Assembly (NCBI GenBank): GCA_963748815.1
Contig: CAVVKJ010000005.1
Span: 96,001 to 160,000, forward strand
Reading direction: 5' to 3'
Source of the DNA: an uncultured Gemmatimonadales bacterium
GTDB taxonomy: Bacteria; Gemmatimonadota; Gemmatimonadetes; Gemmatimonadales; GWC2-71-9
Length of the DNA stretch: 64,000 bases
Shown here one piece after another: positions 1-10,012 of the stretch. The position numbers and the translations under genes were made by a program. Numbering within the stretch: position 1 is the stretch's first letter; each line of letters starts with the position of its first letter. The notes under the pieces were generated by a model that saw only the letters and a program-made list of their open reading frames with translations, was not told the origin of the DNA and searched no databases.

Positions 1-1252
1 GGAGGGACGTGGACAGGGTCTCGACCTGCGCGGACTGCGCCGCGACCTGTTCCCGGCTGGTCCGGATGGCCACGAGCGCGTCCTCCACGTCCTGCAGCGC
101 CCGCAAGATCACCTGCTGGTATCGCGCGCTGGCCTGCTCGGACTGTGCTTCGGCGACGGTGACCTCGCCCTGAAGCCGACCGCCGGTGAAGATCGGCACG
201 GCGATGCCGAGGAAGAGGCGGTTGGTGTTGTTCTGGCTCTCAAACAGCGTCGAGAGATCGTTGCTGACGTAGCCGTACTCGCCGGTGAGCACGACCTGCG
301 GCATGCGATTTCCCCACGCGACCCCGATCCGGGCGTTGGCGGCGCGGAGGTCTTCCTCGGCGGCCCGCACGTCCGGGCGGCGGGCGAGGAGATCCGAGGG
401 CAACCCTTCCGGAACGTCGAAGTTGGACACCTGCTGGTCGAGCGGCATGCCGCGCGGCAACCCGCGGGGCGGCAGGCCGACCAGCACGCTGAGGGCGTTT
501 TCCTGCTCTGATCGAAGCCGGGCGATGGCGGCCAGCTGTGCCTGCGTCTCCTGGACCTGCGATTCGAATTGGAGCACGTCCAGCCGCGATACCTGGCCCT
601 CGCGGAACCGGGCGCGGGAGAGCGCCGCGGTTTCCTGGCGCGACGCAAGCGTCCGCTCGGCGACGGCCAGCTGCCGGTCGTACTGGAGCAACGCGAAGTA
701 GCCGGTCGCGACGGCAGCGGCGAGACTCAACTCCGCCCCGCGCAGCTCTTCGGTCCGCGCCAGGTACGAGGCCTTGCCGGCCTCGCTGGTCCGGCGGACA
801 CGGCCCCACAGGTCGAGTTCCCAGGCGGCGTCCGCGGAGGCGGAAAAGAGGTCGCCGCTGACGCCGGGGATCTTCGAGTCGATCGTCCCCCCCACGCCGG
901 TGACGTTCACCTGGGGGTAGAATCCGCTCCGGTCGATGGCGTAGCGCGCCTGGAACTCACGCGTGACGGCGATGGTCGCGATCAGGTCCTGGTTGTGAGC
1001 GCGGGCCGTGTCCATCAGGGCGAGCAGCACGGTGTCGCCGAGCGTCTGGTTCCAGGTCGGGGCAACGGTGTCGGCCGGGGTGGCAACCGGTGGCACCAGC
1101 GGCGGAATCGCGGCGGCGGTGTCCCGGACGACCTGCAGCGTATCGCCGCGGTAGGCGGTCGGCACCGGCGTCGGCGGACGCTCGTAGCCGGGACCGATGG
1201 CGCAGGCGCCGAGCGCGAGGGCCGCGGCGGCGGAGATGAGGGGCCGGCGCAT
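1..1252 (-). CDS. RND efflux outer-membrane lipoprotein (NodT/OprM family), 3' end outside window
   Basis: ATG at 1252 overlaps the RND stop. Manual translation gives a lipoprotein signal (LALGAC), an SWELDLWG motif and heptad-rich helices. Third gene of an MFP-RND-OMF operon. Confidence 0.88.
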   Translation of the reverse strand, partial: MRRPLISAAAALALGACAIGPGYERPPTPVPTAYRGDTLQVVRDTAAAIPPLVPPVATPADTVAPTWNQTLGDTVLLALMDTARAHNQDLIATIAVTREFQARYAIDRSGFYPQVNVTGVGGTIDSKIPGVSGDLFSASADAAWELDLWGRVRRTSEAGKASYLARTEELRGAELSLAAAVATGYFALLQYDRQLAVAERTLASRQETAALSRARFREGQVSRLDVLQFESQVQETQAQLAAIARLRSEQENALSVLVGLPPRGLPRGMPLDQQVSNFDVPEGLPSDLLARRPDVRAAEEDLRAANARIGVAWGNRMPQVVLTGEYGYVSNDLSTLFESQNNTNRLFLGIAVPIFTGGRLQGEVTVAEAQSEQASARYQQVILRALQDVEDALVAIRTSREQVAAQSAQVETLSTSL

Positions 1253-4200
1253 CACGCCTCCGCCTCGTCCGCAGGCTTCTTGCTGCCCGCGCTGGCGATC
1301 AGGTAGAAGAAGAGCGGGATGAAGAGCACGCCGATGGCGGTGGCGATGAGCATCCCGGCAAAGACGCCGGTCCCGAGGGAGTGGCGGCTCTGGTCGCCAG
1401 CCCCGCTGGCAATCACCATCGGGACGACGCCGAGAATGAACGCGAACGAGGTCATGAGAATCGGGCGAAACCGGTCCTTGGCGGCTTCCAGGGTCGCCTC
1501 GCGCACGCTATGCCCGGCGACCCGGAGGGCGTTGGCGAACTCGACGATCAGGATGGCGTTCTTGGCTGCCAGTCCGATGACCGTGACCAGGCCGATCTGG
1601 AAGTAGATGTCGTTGGGGACGCCGCGGATGAGGATGCCGATGAGCGCGCCGATGACGCCGAATGGCACTCCGAGAATGACGCCGAACGGGATAGACCAGC
1701 TCTCGTACTGCGCGGCGAGCACCAGGAAGACCAGGATGATGCCGAGGAGGAAGACGGTGTTCCCCTGGCCCTGGGCGAGTTTCTCCTGGTACGACTGGCC
1801 GCTGTAGGCGTAGGCGATGCCGCGGTCGGCGAACGGGACGGCCGCTGCCTCCACCGCGTTCATCATCTGCCCGGTGCTCTTGCCGGGGGCCGGCTCCGCC
1901 GTGATGAGGGAGGAGGTGAAGCCGTTGAAGCGGCTCACGACCGACGGGCCGCCGATGAACTCGGTGGTGGTGAGGGAGGAGATCGGCACCATCGCGCCGC
2001 CCGGAGCCGCCACGTAGAGCTCGCCGATGTCCCCGGGGTTGACCCGGAACTGGGGCTGCGCCTCGGCCTGCACCCGGTAGGTGCGACCGAAGAGGTTGAA
2101 GTCGTTGATATACGACGCCGAGAGCATGGTCTGGAGGGTCTGGAACACCTCGGTCAGCGACACGCCGAGGCTCTTCACCTTTTCCCGGTCCACGGTGACG
2201 TACACCTGTGGCGTGTTGACGCTGATGAGGGCGCGCGGCCGGGCCACGTCCGGCGACTGCCGCGTGGCGGCGACGTACTCGCCGACGACCCCGGCAAACT
2301 CCTTGACGCTGCCGCCCGACCGGTCCAGCAGGTTCATTTCGAGGCCGGCGGTGGTGCCCATGCCGGTGATTTCCGGCAGGTTGAACGCGACGGCCGTGGC
2401 CTCCGGCAGCTGGGAGAGGTCGCGGTTGACGGCGGCGATGATGGCGTTGATCCCGGTGGCTTCGTCGGTGCGTTCGTCCCAGGGTTCGAGCATCACGAAG
2501 ATCGTCGCCATGTTCGTCAGGTTGGCGTTCATGATGAAGTCGAAGCCGACCAGGGAGATGACGTTCTTGACGCCGGCTTTTGCCGCCACGACGCGTTCGA
2601 CCTTGGCCACAACCGAGTCCGCCCGCTGCCGCGAGGCACCCGACGGGAGGGACACCGCGAGCGCGAAGTACCCCTTGTCCTCGGTGGGGACGAACCCTCC
2701 GGGGATCGTCTTGAAGAGCGCCACGATCAGGACCAGAATGACGGCAAACGTCGCGAGGAAGGTCTTGGGCCGGCCGAGCACGCCGCGCACGCCACCCAGG
2801 TAGGTCTCGGTAAACCGGTCGAAGATCTCGTTGAACTTCGTGAAGAACTTTCCCTTGGTCGGGTGCTCGTCCTTGATGAGCATGGTGCAAAGCGCGGGCG
2901 TCAACGTGAGAGCCACGACACCCGACAGGATGACCGACACCACGATCGTCACCGCGAACTGCATGAACATCGCGCCGGTGACGCCCCCCATGAACCCGAC
3001 CGGGATGAACACGGCCGCGAGCACCAGGACGATCGCGATGAGCGCGCCGGCGACCTGGGACATCGCCTTGTCGGTGGCTTCGACCACGCCCACATGCTCC
3101 GTGGCCATGATGCGCTCGACGTTCTCGATGACGATGATCGCGTCGTCCACCACGATGCCGATGGCCAGCACCAGGCCAAAGAGCGTCAGGATATTGATCG
3201 AGAAGCCGAGCATGGCCATGCCAGCGAAGGTGCCGACGATCGACACCGGGACGGCCAGGAGGGGGATCAGCGTGGTGCGCCAGCTCTGGAGGAACAGAAA
3301 CACCACCAGGGTGACGAGCAGCATCGCCTCGGCGAGGGTGTGGATCACTTCCTCGATGGAGGCGGTGATGAACGGAGTCGTATCGTACGCCACGGTGTAG
3401 CCGACGCCGGGAGGGAAGTTGGCGGCCAGCTCGTCCAGGCGCGCCAGGAGGTTGTCCTTCACCTCGAGCGCATTGGCGCCGGCGCGGAGCTTCACGAGCA
3501 GCAGAGCGGTGGGCTGACCGTTCAGCCGGCCCTGCAGGTCGTAGTTGCGGGCGCCAAGCTGCACGTTGGCCAGGTCGGACAGCCGAAGTACGGCGCCGTC
3601 TCGGCCGGTGCGCAGGATGATGTTCCCGAATTCCGCCGCGGTCTTGAGGCGGCCCTTGGCGGTGACCGGGAGCGTCAGGTCGGTGCCCGGCGGCGACGGT
3701 TCCCGCCCTACCCGTCCTCCCGGATTGGTGGCGTTCTGCTCCCGAACGGCGTTCTGGACGTCGGCCACGGTCACGCCGAGCTGCGCCATCCGGTCGGGGT
3801 CGAGCTGCAGCAGCATCGAGAACTCGAGCTGCCCGAAGGTGTAGGCGTCGCCGACGCCATTGACGCGCTTGGCCTCGTCCTCGAGGTTGATCTTCGAGTA
3901 ATTGCTCAGGTATTCCGCGTCGTAGCGCGGGTCGTCCGAGCTGAGGGCGATCATGAGCAGGATGTCCGGCTGTGACTTCTTGACGGTGATGCCCTGGCGC
4001 CGGACCTCTTCGGGGAGCTGCGGTTCGGCCAGCTTGACCTGGTTCTGGACGTCGACCGCGGCCAGGTCCTGGTCCCGGCTGATGTCGAAGAAGATCGACA
4101 GGTTCATCGTCCCGTCGCTGCCATTCGACGACTTGAAGTAAAGCAGGCCGTCCATGCTGGAGAGCTGCTGCTCGATCGGCGCGGCCACTGACTCCGCGAC

Positions 4201-4413
4201 GTCTTCCGCCGTGGCGCCTGGGTACACCGCCGTCACGTCGACGCTGGGCGGACTGATGCGGGGATAGAGCGTGATCGGCAGGCTGACGATGGATGCCACG
4301 CCGAGGAGGAGGATGACGATCGAAATCACCGACGCCAGGATCGGCCGCCGGATGAAGAGGTTCTTCGCGACGTACGGCGCACGGTCCCCCGATGCCGGAG
4401 GGTGTCCGCTCAT
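1252..4413 (-). CDS. Multidrug efflux RND permease (HAE1, AcrB/MexB family)
   Basis: 1053 aa; FIRRP start, GIVVDDAIIVIEN, GLAAKNAILIVEFA and RFRPILMTS motifs. Confidence 0.96.
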   Translation of the reverse strand: MSGHPPASGDRAPYVAKNLFIRRPILASVISIVILLLGVASIVSLPITLYPRISPPSVDVTAVYPGATAEDVAESVAAPIEQQLSSMDGLLYFKSSNGSDGTMNLSIFFDISRDQDLAAVDVQNQVKLAEPQLPEEVRRQGITVKKSQPDILLMIALSSDDPRYDAEYLSNYSKINLEDEAKRVNGVGDAYTFGQLEFSMLLQLDPDRMAQLGVTVADVQNAVREQNATNPGGRVGREPSPPGTDLTLPVTAKGRLKTAAEFGNIILRTGRDGAVLRLSDLANVQLGARNYDLQGRLNGQPTALLLVKLRAGANALEVKDNLLARLDELAANFPPGVGYTVAYDTTPFITASIEEVIHTLAEAMLLVTLVVFLFLQSWRTTLIPLLAVPVSIVGTFAGMAMLGFSINILTLFGLVLAIGIVVDDAIIVIENVERIMATEHVGVVEATDKAMSQVAGALIAIVLVLAAVFIPVGFMGGVTGAMFMQFAVTIVVSVILSGVVALTLTPALCTMLIKDEHPTKGKFFTKFNEIFDRFTETYLGGVRGVLGRPKTFLATFAVILVLIVALFKTIPGGFVPTEDKGYFALAVSLPSGASRQRADSVVAKVERVVAAKAGVKNVISLVGFDFIMNANLTNMATIFVMLEPWDERTDEATGINAIIAAVNRDLSQLPEATAVAFNLPEITGMGTTAGLEMNLLDRSGGSVKEFAGVVGEYVAATRQSPDVARPRALISVNTPQVYVTVDREKVKSLGVSLTEVFQTLQTMLSASYINDFNLFGRTYRVQAEAQPQFRVNPGDIGELYVAAPGGAMVPISSLTTTEFIGGPSVVSRFNGFTSSLITAEPAPGKSTGQMMNAVEAAAVPFADRGIAYAYSGQSYQEKLAQGQGNTVFLLGIILVFLVLAAQYESWSIPFGVILGVPFGVIGALIGILIRGVPNDIYFQIGLVTVIGLAAKNAILIVEFANALRVAGHSVREATLEAAKDRFRPILMTSFAFILGVVPMVIASGAGDQSRHSLGTGVFAGMLIATAIGVLFIPLFFYLIASAGSKKPADEAEA

Positions 4414-5564
4414 GGCGTCGTGCCCGCGGAGGCCGCCGCCGAATCCGAGCCGGTCACGATCGTGACCGGCTGCCCGGGAATGACCCGCTGGGTCCCGTCT
4501 ACCACCACCCGCTCACCGGCGGTGAGTCCGCTGTCGATGACCCAACCGCCGCCTTCCCAGGTGGTGGCTTTCACGGTACGGGCGCGCGCGGTGTCGCCCT
4601 CCGTGGCCACGTACACGAACGCCCCTCCAAGGCCCTGGAGCACCGCCCGTTGCGGCACCAGGATGGCGCCCCGTCGCGTCAGGCCCAGGAGGCGCACCCG
4701 CACGAATTGTCCGGGCAGGAGGGTCCGGTCAGGATTCCGGAACTCGGCCCGGTACTGCTGCGTGCCGGTGCGGGAGTCGAGCGACAGGTCGGCGAAGTCC
4801 AGCTGCCCCTTCGAGGGGAGCGGGGTGCCATCCGAGAGGCGGACCTCCACCTGCAGCTTCCCCTTGGGAAAGATCAGCTTCCCCTCCGCGCGCTCGCGCC
4901 GGAGCCGCAACAGCTCGAGGTCGGAGGGGCTGAAGTAGACGTAGATCGGGTCGATCTGCTGCAGGTCGGTCAGGATGTCGGCGGGGCCGGTCACCCGCGC
5001 GCCGAGCGGCAGCGCCGCCCGGCCGGCGCGACCGGGGATCTCGGCGCGAATGAAGGTGTCGTCGAAGTCCTTCTTGGCGCGATCCGCATTGCCCTGAGCC
5101 TCCGCCAGGGCGGCCTGGGCCTGCTGGAGCTCGGTCGTCGCGTCGTCGACGTCCTTCTGGGACACCGCCCCCTCCGCGAGCAGGGGGGTCAGCCGCTTGA
5201 GCGTCCGCTGGGCGTTATCGAGCCGGGCCCGCGCGTTGTCAGCAGCGGCCTGGGTGCTCCGGTACGTCGCCTCGTACGTGGTGGGATCGAGCCGAAAGAG
5301 CAGGGTCCCCTTGGCGACGTCGCTTCCCTCGGCGTAGGGCCGCTCGATGATGACTCCGTTGAGCTGCGAGCGCACCTCGATGAACTTGGACGCCGCGCCC
5401 TGACCGACCAGTTCGATGCTCGCCGGGATGTCCTGTGGCGCGGTCGTGACGACGGTGACGTTGGGCGGGGGCAGTTGGGGCGCGCCCTTGTCGCCGCAGG
5501 CCGCGAGGCCCAGCGCCAGCCCGAGCATCGCACTGCGCCGGCCGGATTGTGTCAGAAGTGGCAC
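4410..5564 (-). CDS. RND periplasmic adaptor (membrane fusion protein)
   Basis: Lipobox LAAC, lipoyl/hairpin pattern, RAEFRNPD..LLPGQFV motif; overlaps the RND start. True start may be the ATG at 5528. Confidence 0.93.
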   Translation of the reverse strand: MPLLTQSGRRSAMLGLALGLAACGDKGAPQLPPPNVTVVTTAPQDIPASIELVGQGAASKFIEVRSQLNGVIIERPYAEGSDVAKGTLLFRLDPTTYEATYRSTQAAADNARARLDNAQRTLKRLTPLLAEGAVSQKDVDDATTELQQAQAALAEAQGNADRAKKDFDDTFIRAEIPGRAGRAALPLGARVTGPADILTDLQQIDPIYVYFSPSDLELLRLRRERAEGKLIFPKGKLQVEVRLSDGTPLPSKGQLDFADLSLDSRTGTQQYRAEFRNPDRTLLPGQFVRVRLLGLTRRGAILVPQRAVLQGLGGAFVYVATEGDTARARTVKATTWEGGGWVIDSGLTAGERVVVDGTQRVIPGQPVTIVTGSDSAAASAGTTP

Positions 5565-5689
5565 GCGAACTTCCTCGGGTGAGGTGCGATCCGCCCCCGC
5601 CGGAGGCGGTTACGTTTCGTGGGTGCGGCGAGAGGACCTGCGAACAGAGAAAAGTGCCCTTCCGGCGGAGTGCCGTCAAGCACAAAACC

Positions 5690-6506
5690 ATGGAGAGAAT
5701 CCGGGAAATGACGGGGATGTTGCTCGTTTTGACTGCCACGCTCTGGACGGCGCCATCGGGATGGGTCGCCGTGGGCACCGGCGTCGCCTGCCGGGACACC
5801 GGGCGGACCGGAGTCTACGGGACGTTCGTCGCCTATGGCGGGTGGGGGGTCAAGGAGGCGTGGGCCCGCGCCTGGGTGGACGAGGTCTACCGGGCGGCCC
5901 TGGCCAGCCGCGGCATCCGGTATCTCTGTGCGGTGCGCGGGCCCGGAGGCGGTGGACTATGCCGGCCGTGAAATCGGGAATGCGGCGCTCGCCACGCACC
6001 TGCTGACCCGACCGCGCGGGCTCGTCATTGTGGCGGCCCACTCGAGCGGGAGCTTTGTGGCCCACGAACTTTTCGCGGAGCTGGAGCAGATGGGGGCGCC
6101 AGGCGCAGGACTGCTCGGACGCACGGTGTACTACGACCTCGACGGCGGCGAGTCGGGGTTGACGCCCGCGATCGTCGGCCACCTGCGCCGTGCCTATTTC
6201 GTCTATGCAGAAGACAGCACGACCGGAACCCGGTCGGCGAATGCCGCGACGATGCTCGCGCTCGGCGCGCGGTACGCCGCCGCCGGGGGTGTGCTGGCCG
6301 TGAACGCCTCCCGATCCGGGTGCAAGGCGGGCGCCAAGTGGTGTCTCCACGACGCGCTCGTCACCGAGCGTCCCCACAACCCCGAGACGTTCGATCTTGA
6401 ACGGGACTACCAGGGATTTCTCCCCGACCGCCCCGCGGCGATCGCCTACCTCTCCGCCCCCTGGAATCCGCCGGCCCCCGGACCGGCGACCAGCTCACCA
6501 CACTGA
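5690..6506 (+). CDS. Secreted hypothetical protein, possible alpha/beta-hydrolase fold; frameshift near 5940
   Basis: Signal-like N-terminus in ORF 5549-5971 continues in ORF 5835-6506, which contains AHSSG (nucleophile-elbow-like). Confidence 0.5.
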
Positions 6507-6515
6507 ACCGGCACC

Positions 6516-8831
6516 CTAGCGGCCGGGCGACGCCTCGAGCCGCTGGAGCAGCTGCTGCATCTCCGCATTGCCGGGATTCAACGCGGCAAGCCGCCGTGCG
6601 GCGGGCAGCGCCACATCCCGCTCCCCGGCCGCGGCGGCGATGGAGGCCAGCCCATACAGCAGTTCCTGGTCGTCGGGCGCGGCCGCAAGCGCCCGCTGCA
6701 GCTCCACGATTGCCGGTCCCGGCTGGCCCGACTCGTACAACGCGACCCCGTAGACATAGCCGTAGCGCGGGATGCCCGAGCCGGCCGCCGCCTTGAGATA
6801 GGTCAGCGCGTCGGCGACGCGCTTCTGCCGGATCAGCGCGAGGCCCAGCTGGTATTGGAGGTCGGCCGCGCCGGGGACCCGGTCGAGCCCAACCCGAAGG
6901 ACGGAATCGGCCGCGAGTTCTTCGCCGGTGGTGCGGTACACCTCGGCGAGCTGGAGGTACGCCGGCACGAACTGCGGGGCGAGGGTGAGCGCGCGGCGGT
7001 AGTTGGCGGCCGCTTCGGTCGGGTTGCCGAGTCGGCGCTCCAGGTTGCCGAGGTTGGCCCACGATTCGGGACGATCCGCGTTGAAGTGCTGGGAGGCACG
7101 GTACTCCGCGAGCACCCGTGCAAACGCCTCACGCTGAGGTGCGGTCCAGCCGGAGTCTGGCAGGCCGGCCAAGGCCGGGAGCGCGGCGAGCCGGACCGTG
7201 CGTACCGTGTCAGTGAGCAGCGGAAGCGCCATCCGTTCGCGCATCTGCGGCTCGATCATTTCGAGTCGCTCCGCGGCGGCCCGCCGGATGAGGGGATCGC
7301 GCTCGCTGAGGGCCATCTGGGTGGCGCTGAGGGAGTAGCGGGACGGATTGCCGGTCATCAGCGAAACGGCGGTGGCGCGGGTGATTGCCGACCGCGTGCT
7401 GTCCCGCGACATCGCCACCAGGGCCTCACCGGCATCCGGCGCCTGCGCCCAGGCCTCGGCGATGGCCACGGCCGCGGGAATCGGCGCGCTGTCGGGGACG
7501 CCGTACCACGCTTCCGCCGTCGCGGCCGCCCACGCCACCGGCCGGTCGGCGTGGCAGCCGGTGCAGGCGTTCGGGGCGCCGGTCGCCGCGGTGAGGTCGG
7601 GCCGGGGAATCTTCATTCCGTGGTCGCGCCGCGCATCGACGACCATGTAGTTGCGCGGCGTCATGTGGCAATCCACACACGCCGCGCCGGGGGTGCCGGC
7701 CCGGTGGTGGGTGTGCGACTCGACGTCGAACCGGGTGGCGAGGTGGCAGGTGGCGCACACCGCATTGCCCGCCAGCCGGGGGGTGCTCCGGTGCGCGTCG
7801 TGACAGTCGCTGCAGGTAACACCGGCGCGGTACATCCTGCTCTGCACGAAGGAGCCGTACTCGTACACTTCATCCCGCTGATGGCCATCGGCGTAGTAGA
7901 GCTCGTCGTCGAGCAGCGACACGCGCTGGGTCTGCGCCAGGATCTGCCCGGCGGCGGAGTCGGGCCAGACCTGTCCTCGCCGAGCGTGGCAGAGGCCGCA
8001 GGTCTCGACTTCCATCCGATTGGCCTTCGGCGAGGACCGTCGGGCGATGCCCGTGACCGTGTCCATCGTCCAGGTCGCCGCCGCGGAGTCGCGGAAGGAG
8101 ACGGTCAGTCCGCTGGTCCCTGCCCACCTGCCGGCCTTGCCCTGGCGACGCTCGGCGAGCGCCACGTGCGCGCTGCCGGGGCCGTGGCAGGCTTCGCACG
8201 ACACGTCGATCTCCGACCAGGTTGTCGCGTAACTGTCGGCCGCCTCGACGTATCCCTTCTGCAGGTTGGTCGAGTGGCACTGGGCACACATGAAGTTCCA
8301 GTTCTGCAGCATCCCGGTCCAGTGCAGGACGTCGCGGTGATCCACTCTTTCGTCGGGGTACAGGTGGTACCACCGCTGCCCTCCCTCCCCCTTCGGGCGG
8401 GCGTCCCAGGCGATGCCGAGCGCCTGGTAGCGCCCGCGCGGAAAGGCGATGAGGTACTGCTGGAGAGGATACACGCCGAAGGTGTAGCTGATCGGATAGT
8501 CGACCAGGGCGCCGTCCGGGCCGTCGGTCCTGACCCAGTATTGGCCGTCGCGACGCGAGAATCGCGAGGTGACGCCGTTGTACGTGTAGGTGGCGTCCGC
8601 GAAGTCGCCCAGGACGGTCGTACTGTCCGCGACCGCCATGGCGAGGGCGTGGTGCGAGCCCTGCCACAGCGAGTCTTCGGCGACGTGGCAGGAGGCGCAC
8701 GCGGCTCGGCCGACGTACTCCGGCTTCGCCGCGGGCGCCGAGGCGCAGGCACCGAAGGCCAGGACGCAAACCGCCCCGGCAATGGCCCGAAGGCCACGCC
8801 GGGGCGTGCTGACGGTCTTCGCTCTGATCAC
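6516..8831 (-). CDS. Multiheme (8 CxxCH) cytochrome c lipoprotein with C-terminal HEAT and TPR repeats
   Basis: CASCH, CAQCH, CEACH, CGLCH, CSDCH, CATCH, CVDCH, CTGCH; lipobox AFGAC; TPR-like C-terminus. Confidence 0.9.
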   Translation of the reverse strand: MIRAKTVSTPRRGLRAIAGAVCVLAFGACASAPAAKPEYVGRAACASCHVAEDSLWQGSHHALAMAVADSTTVLGDFADATYTYNGVTSRFSRRDGQYWVRTDGPDGALVDYPISYTFGVYPLQQYLIAFPRGRYQALGIAWDARPKGEGGQRWYHLYPDERVDHRDVLHWTGMLQNWNFMCAQCHSTNLQKGYVEAADSYATTWSEIDVSCEACHGPGSAHVALAERRQGKAGRWAGTSGLTVSFRDSAAATWTMDTVTGIARRSSPKANRMEVETCGLCHARRGQVWPDSAAGQILAQTQRVSLLDDELYYADGHQRDEVYEYGSFVQSRMYRAGVTCSDCHDAHRSTPRLAGNAVCATCHLATRFDVESHTHHRAGTPGAACVDCHMTPRNYMVVDARRDHGMKIPRPDLTAATGAPNACTGCHADRPVAWAAATAEAWYGVPDSAPIPAAVAIAEAWAQAPDAGEALVAMSRDSTRSAITRATAVSLMTGNPSRYSLSATQMALSERDPLIRRAAAERLEMIEPQMRERMALPLLTDTVRTVRLAALPALAGLPDSGWTAPQREAFARVLAEYRASQHFNADRPESWANLGNLERRLGNPTEAAANYRRALTLAPQFVPAYLQLAEVYRTTGEELAADSVLRVGLDRVPGAADLQYQLGLALIRQKRVADALTYLKAAAGSGIPRYGYVYGVALYESGQPGPAIVELQRALAAAPDDQELLYGLASIAAAAGERDVALPAARRLAALNPGNAEMQQLLQRLEASPGR

Positions 8832-9295
8832 TTCACCGGCACGAGCGGGATTTCCGAAGCCATGGCGGCCTGGATGATCAAGTCGAGACGGGTCTCGATC
8901 TGGTAGAAGCGCAGCGTGCCCTTGGCGCCGAGGACCGGCACGAACTTCTTGATCCAGTCACCCTGCAGCTTGCTGTACTGGCCACCGAGGGAGACCCACT
9001 TGGTCAGCCGGTCCTCGATTTCCTTCGAGGTGGCGGTGTCAGCGGCGGTCGGCGTCGTAATCAGGGAGATCCGCTGATCGGCGAGCTTGCCGACAGCGAT
9101 CCGGTACTCCTGGTAGAGCGGCCAGAACGCGGTGGCCTGCGCATCGGTCAGGGGCAGGTTCTGGGCGACGATGGCCTGGCGGTCGGCCTGGACCTGCTGC
9201 TTGGTGACGGCGATATCAGTGGCGGCCTGCGCGGATACAGCGGCCGGAGCGGCCAGAAGGGCCGCGAGGGCGAGCAATGAGGTGGCGCGACGCAT
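8828..9295 (-). CDS. Secreted helical hypothetical protein
   Basis: Signal peptide ending VSAQA; LTDAQATAFWPLYQEY segment; stop overlaps the cytochrome start. Confidence 0.75.
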   Translation of the reverse strand: MRRATSLLALAALLAAPAAVSAQAATDIAVTKQQVQADRQAIVAQNLPLTDAQATAFWPLYQEYRIAVGKLADQRISLITTPTAADTATSKEIEDRLTKWVSLGGQYSKLQGDWIKKFVPVLGAKGTLRFYQIETRLDLIIQAAMASEIPLVPVK

Positions 9296-9379
9296 GGGAC
9301 AATCTCCGTGGGGGATGACGATTGGTGGACAGCCCGAAAGATAGCCTCGCGGCGGGGGGAGGTACAATCGGCAGTCATC

Positions 9380-10012
9380 CTACCCCGGCCGCCCCCGGCG
9401 CCGGGCGATTTCCGTCGCCACCCGCGCCTCGAGCATCTGGATGGCGATGGTATTCCGCCCCCCTTCCGGCACGATGATGTCGGCATACCGTTTCGAGGGC
9501 TCCACGAACTCCAGGTGCATCGGGCGGACCGTGCCCAGGTACTGGGTGACGATCGATTCCACCGAGCGGCCGCGCTCCGAGACGTCGCGCTGCATCCGCC
9601 GGATGAAGCGCAGGTCGTCGGCGACATCGACGAACACCTTCACGTCGAAGAGTTGCCGGAGCCGAGCGTCGGCGAAGATGAGAATGCCGTCCACCAGGAT
9701 CACGTCCCGGGGTTCCACCCTGACGGTGGCGGGGGCGCGGGTGTGCTGGGCAAAATCGTAGGTGGGCTTGTCGATTGCGCGGCCCGCGGCCAGCGCCTCG
9801 AGGTGCGCCACCATCAAGTCGGTGTCGAGGGCGTCGGGGTGATCGAAGTTGGTCCGAATCCGGTCCTCGAGGGGGAGGTGCCCGAGGTCGGCGTAATACG
9901 CGTCCTGGTCGAGGAAGACCGCGTCCACGCCGAGCCGGGCGTGGATGGCCAGGGCCACGGTCGTCTTGCCGGACCCTGACCCGCCGGCGACGCCGATGAT
10001 CAGCGGGCGCAT
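9380..10012 (-). CDS. udk: Uridine kinase
   Basis: GVAGGSGSGKTT P-loop, NFDHPDA, RRMQRDVSERGRS, FVEPSKRYADII; ATG at 10012. Confidence 0.95.
   Translation of the reverse strand: MRPLIIGVAGGSGSGKTTVALAIHARLGVDAVFLDQDAYYADLGHLPLEDRIRTNFDHPDALDTDLMVAHLEALAAGRAIDKPTYDFAQHTRAPATVRVEPRDVILVDGILIFADARLRQLFDVKVFVDVADDLRFIRRMQRDVSERGRSVESIVTQYLGTVRPMHLEFVEPSKRYADIIVPEGGRNTIAIQMLEARVATEIARRRGRPG

Noticed and set aside
1381..3975. Long antisense and alternate-frame ORFs (also 6855-8906, 10114-11607, 58410-60482 and others)
   Set aside because: Shadow ORFs expected in high-GC DNA, opposite clearly recognisable genes and without motifs.
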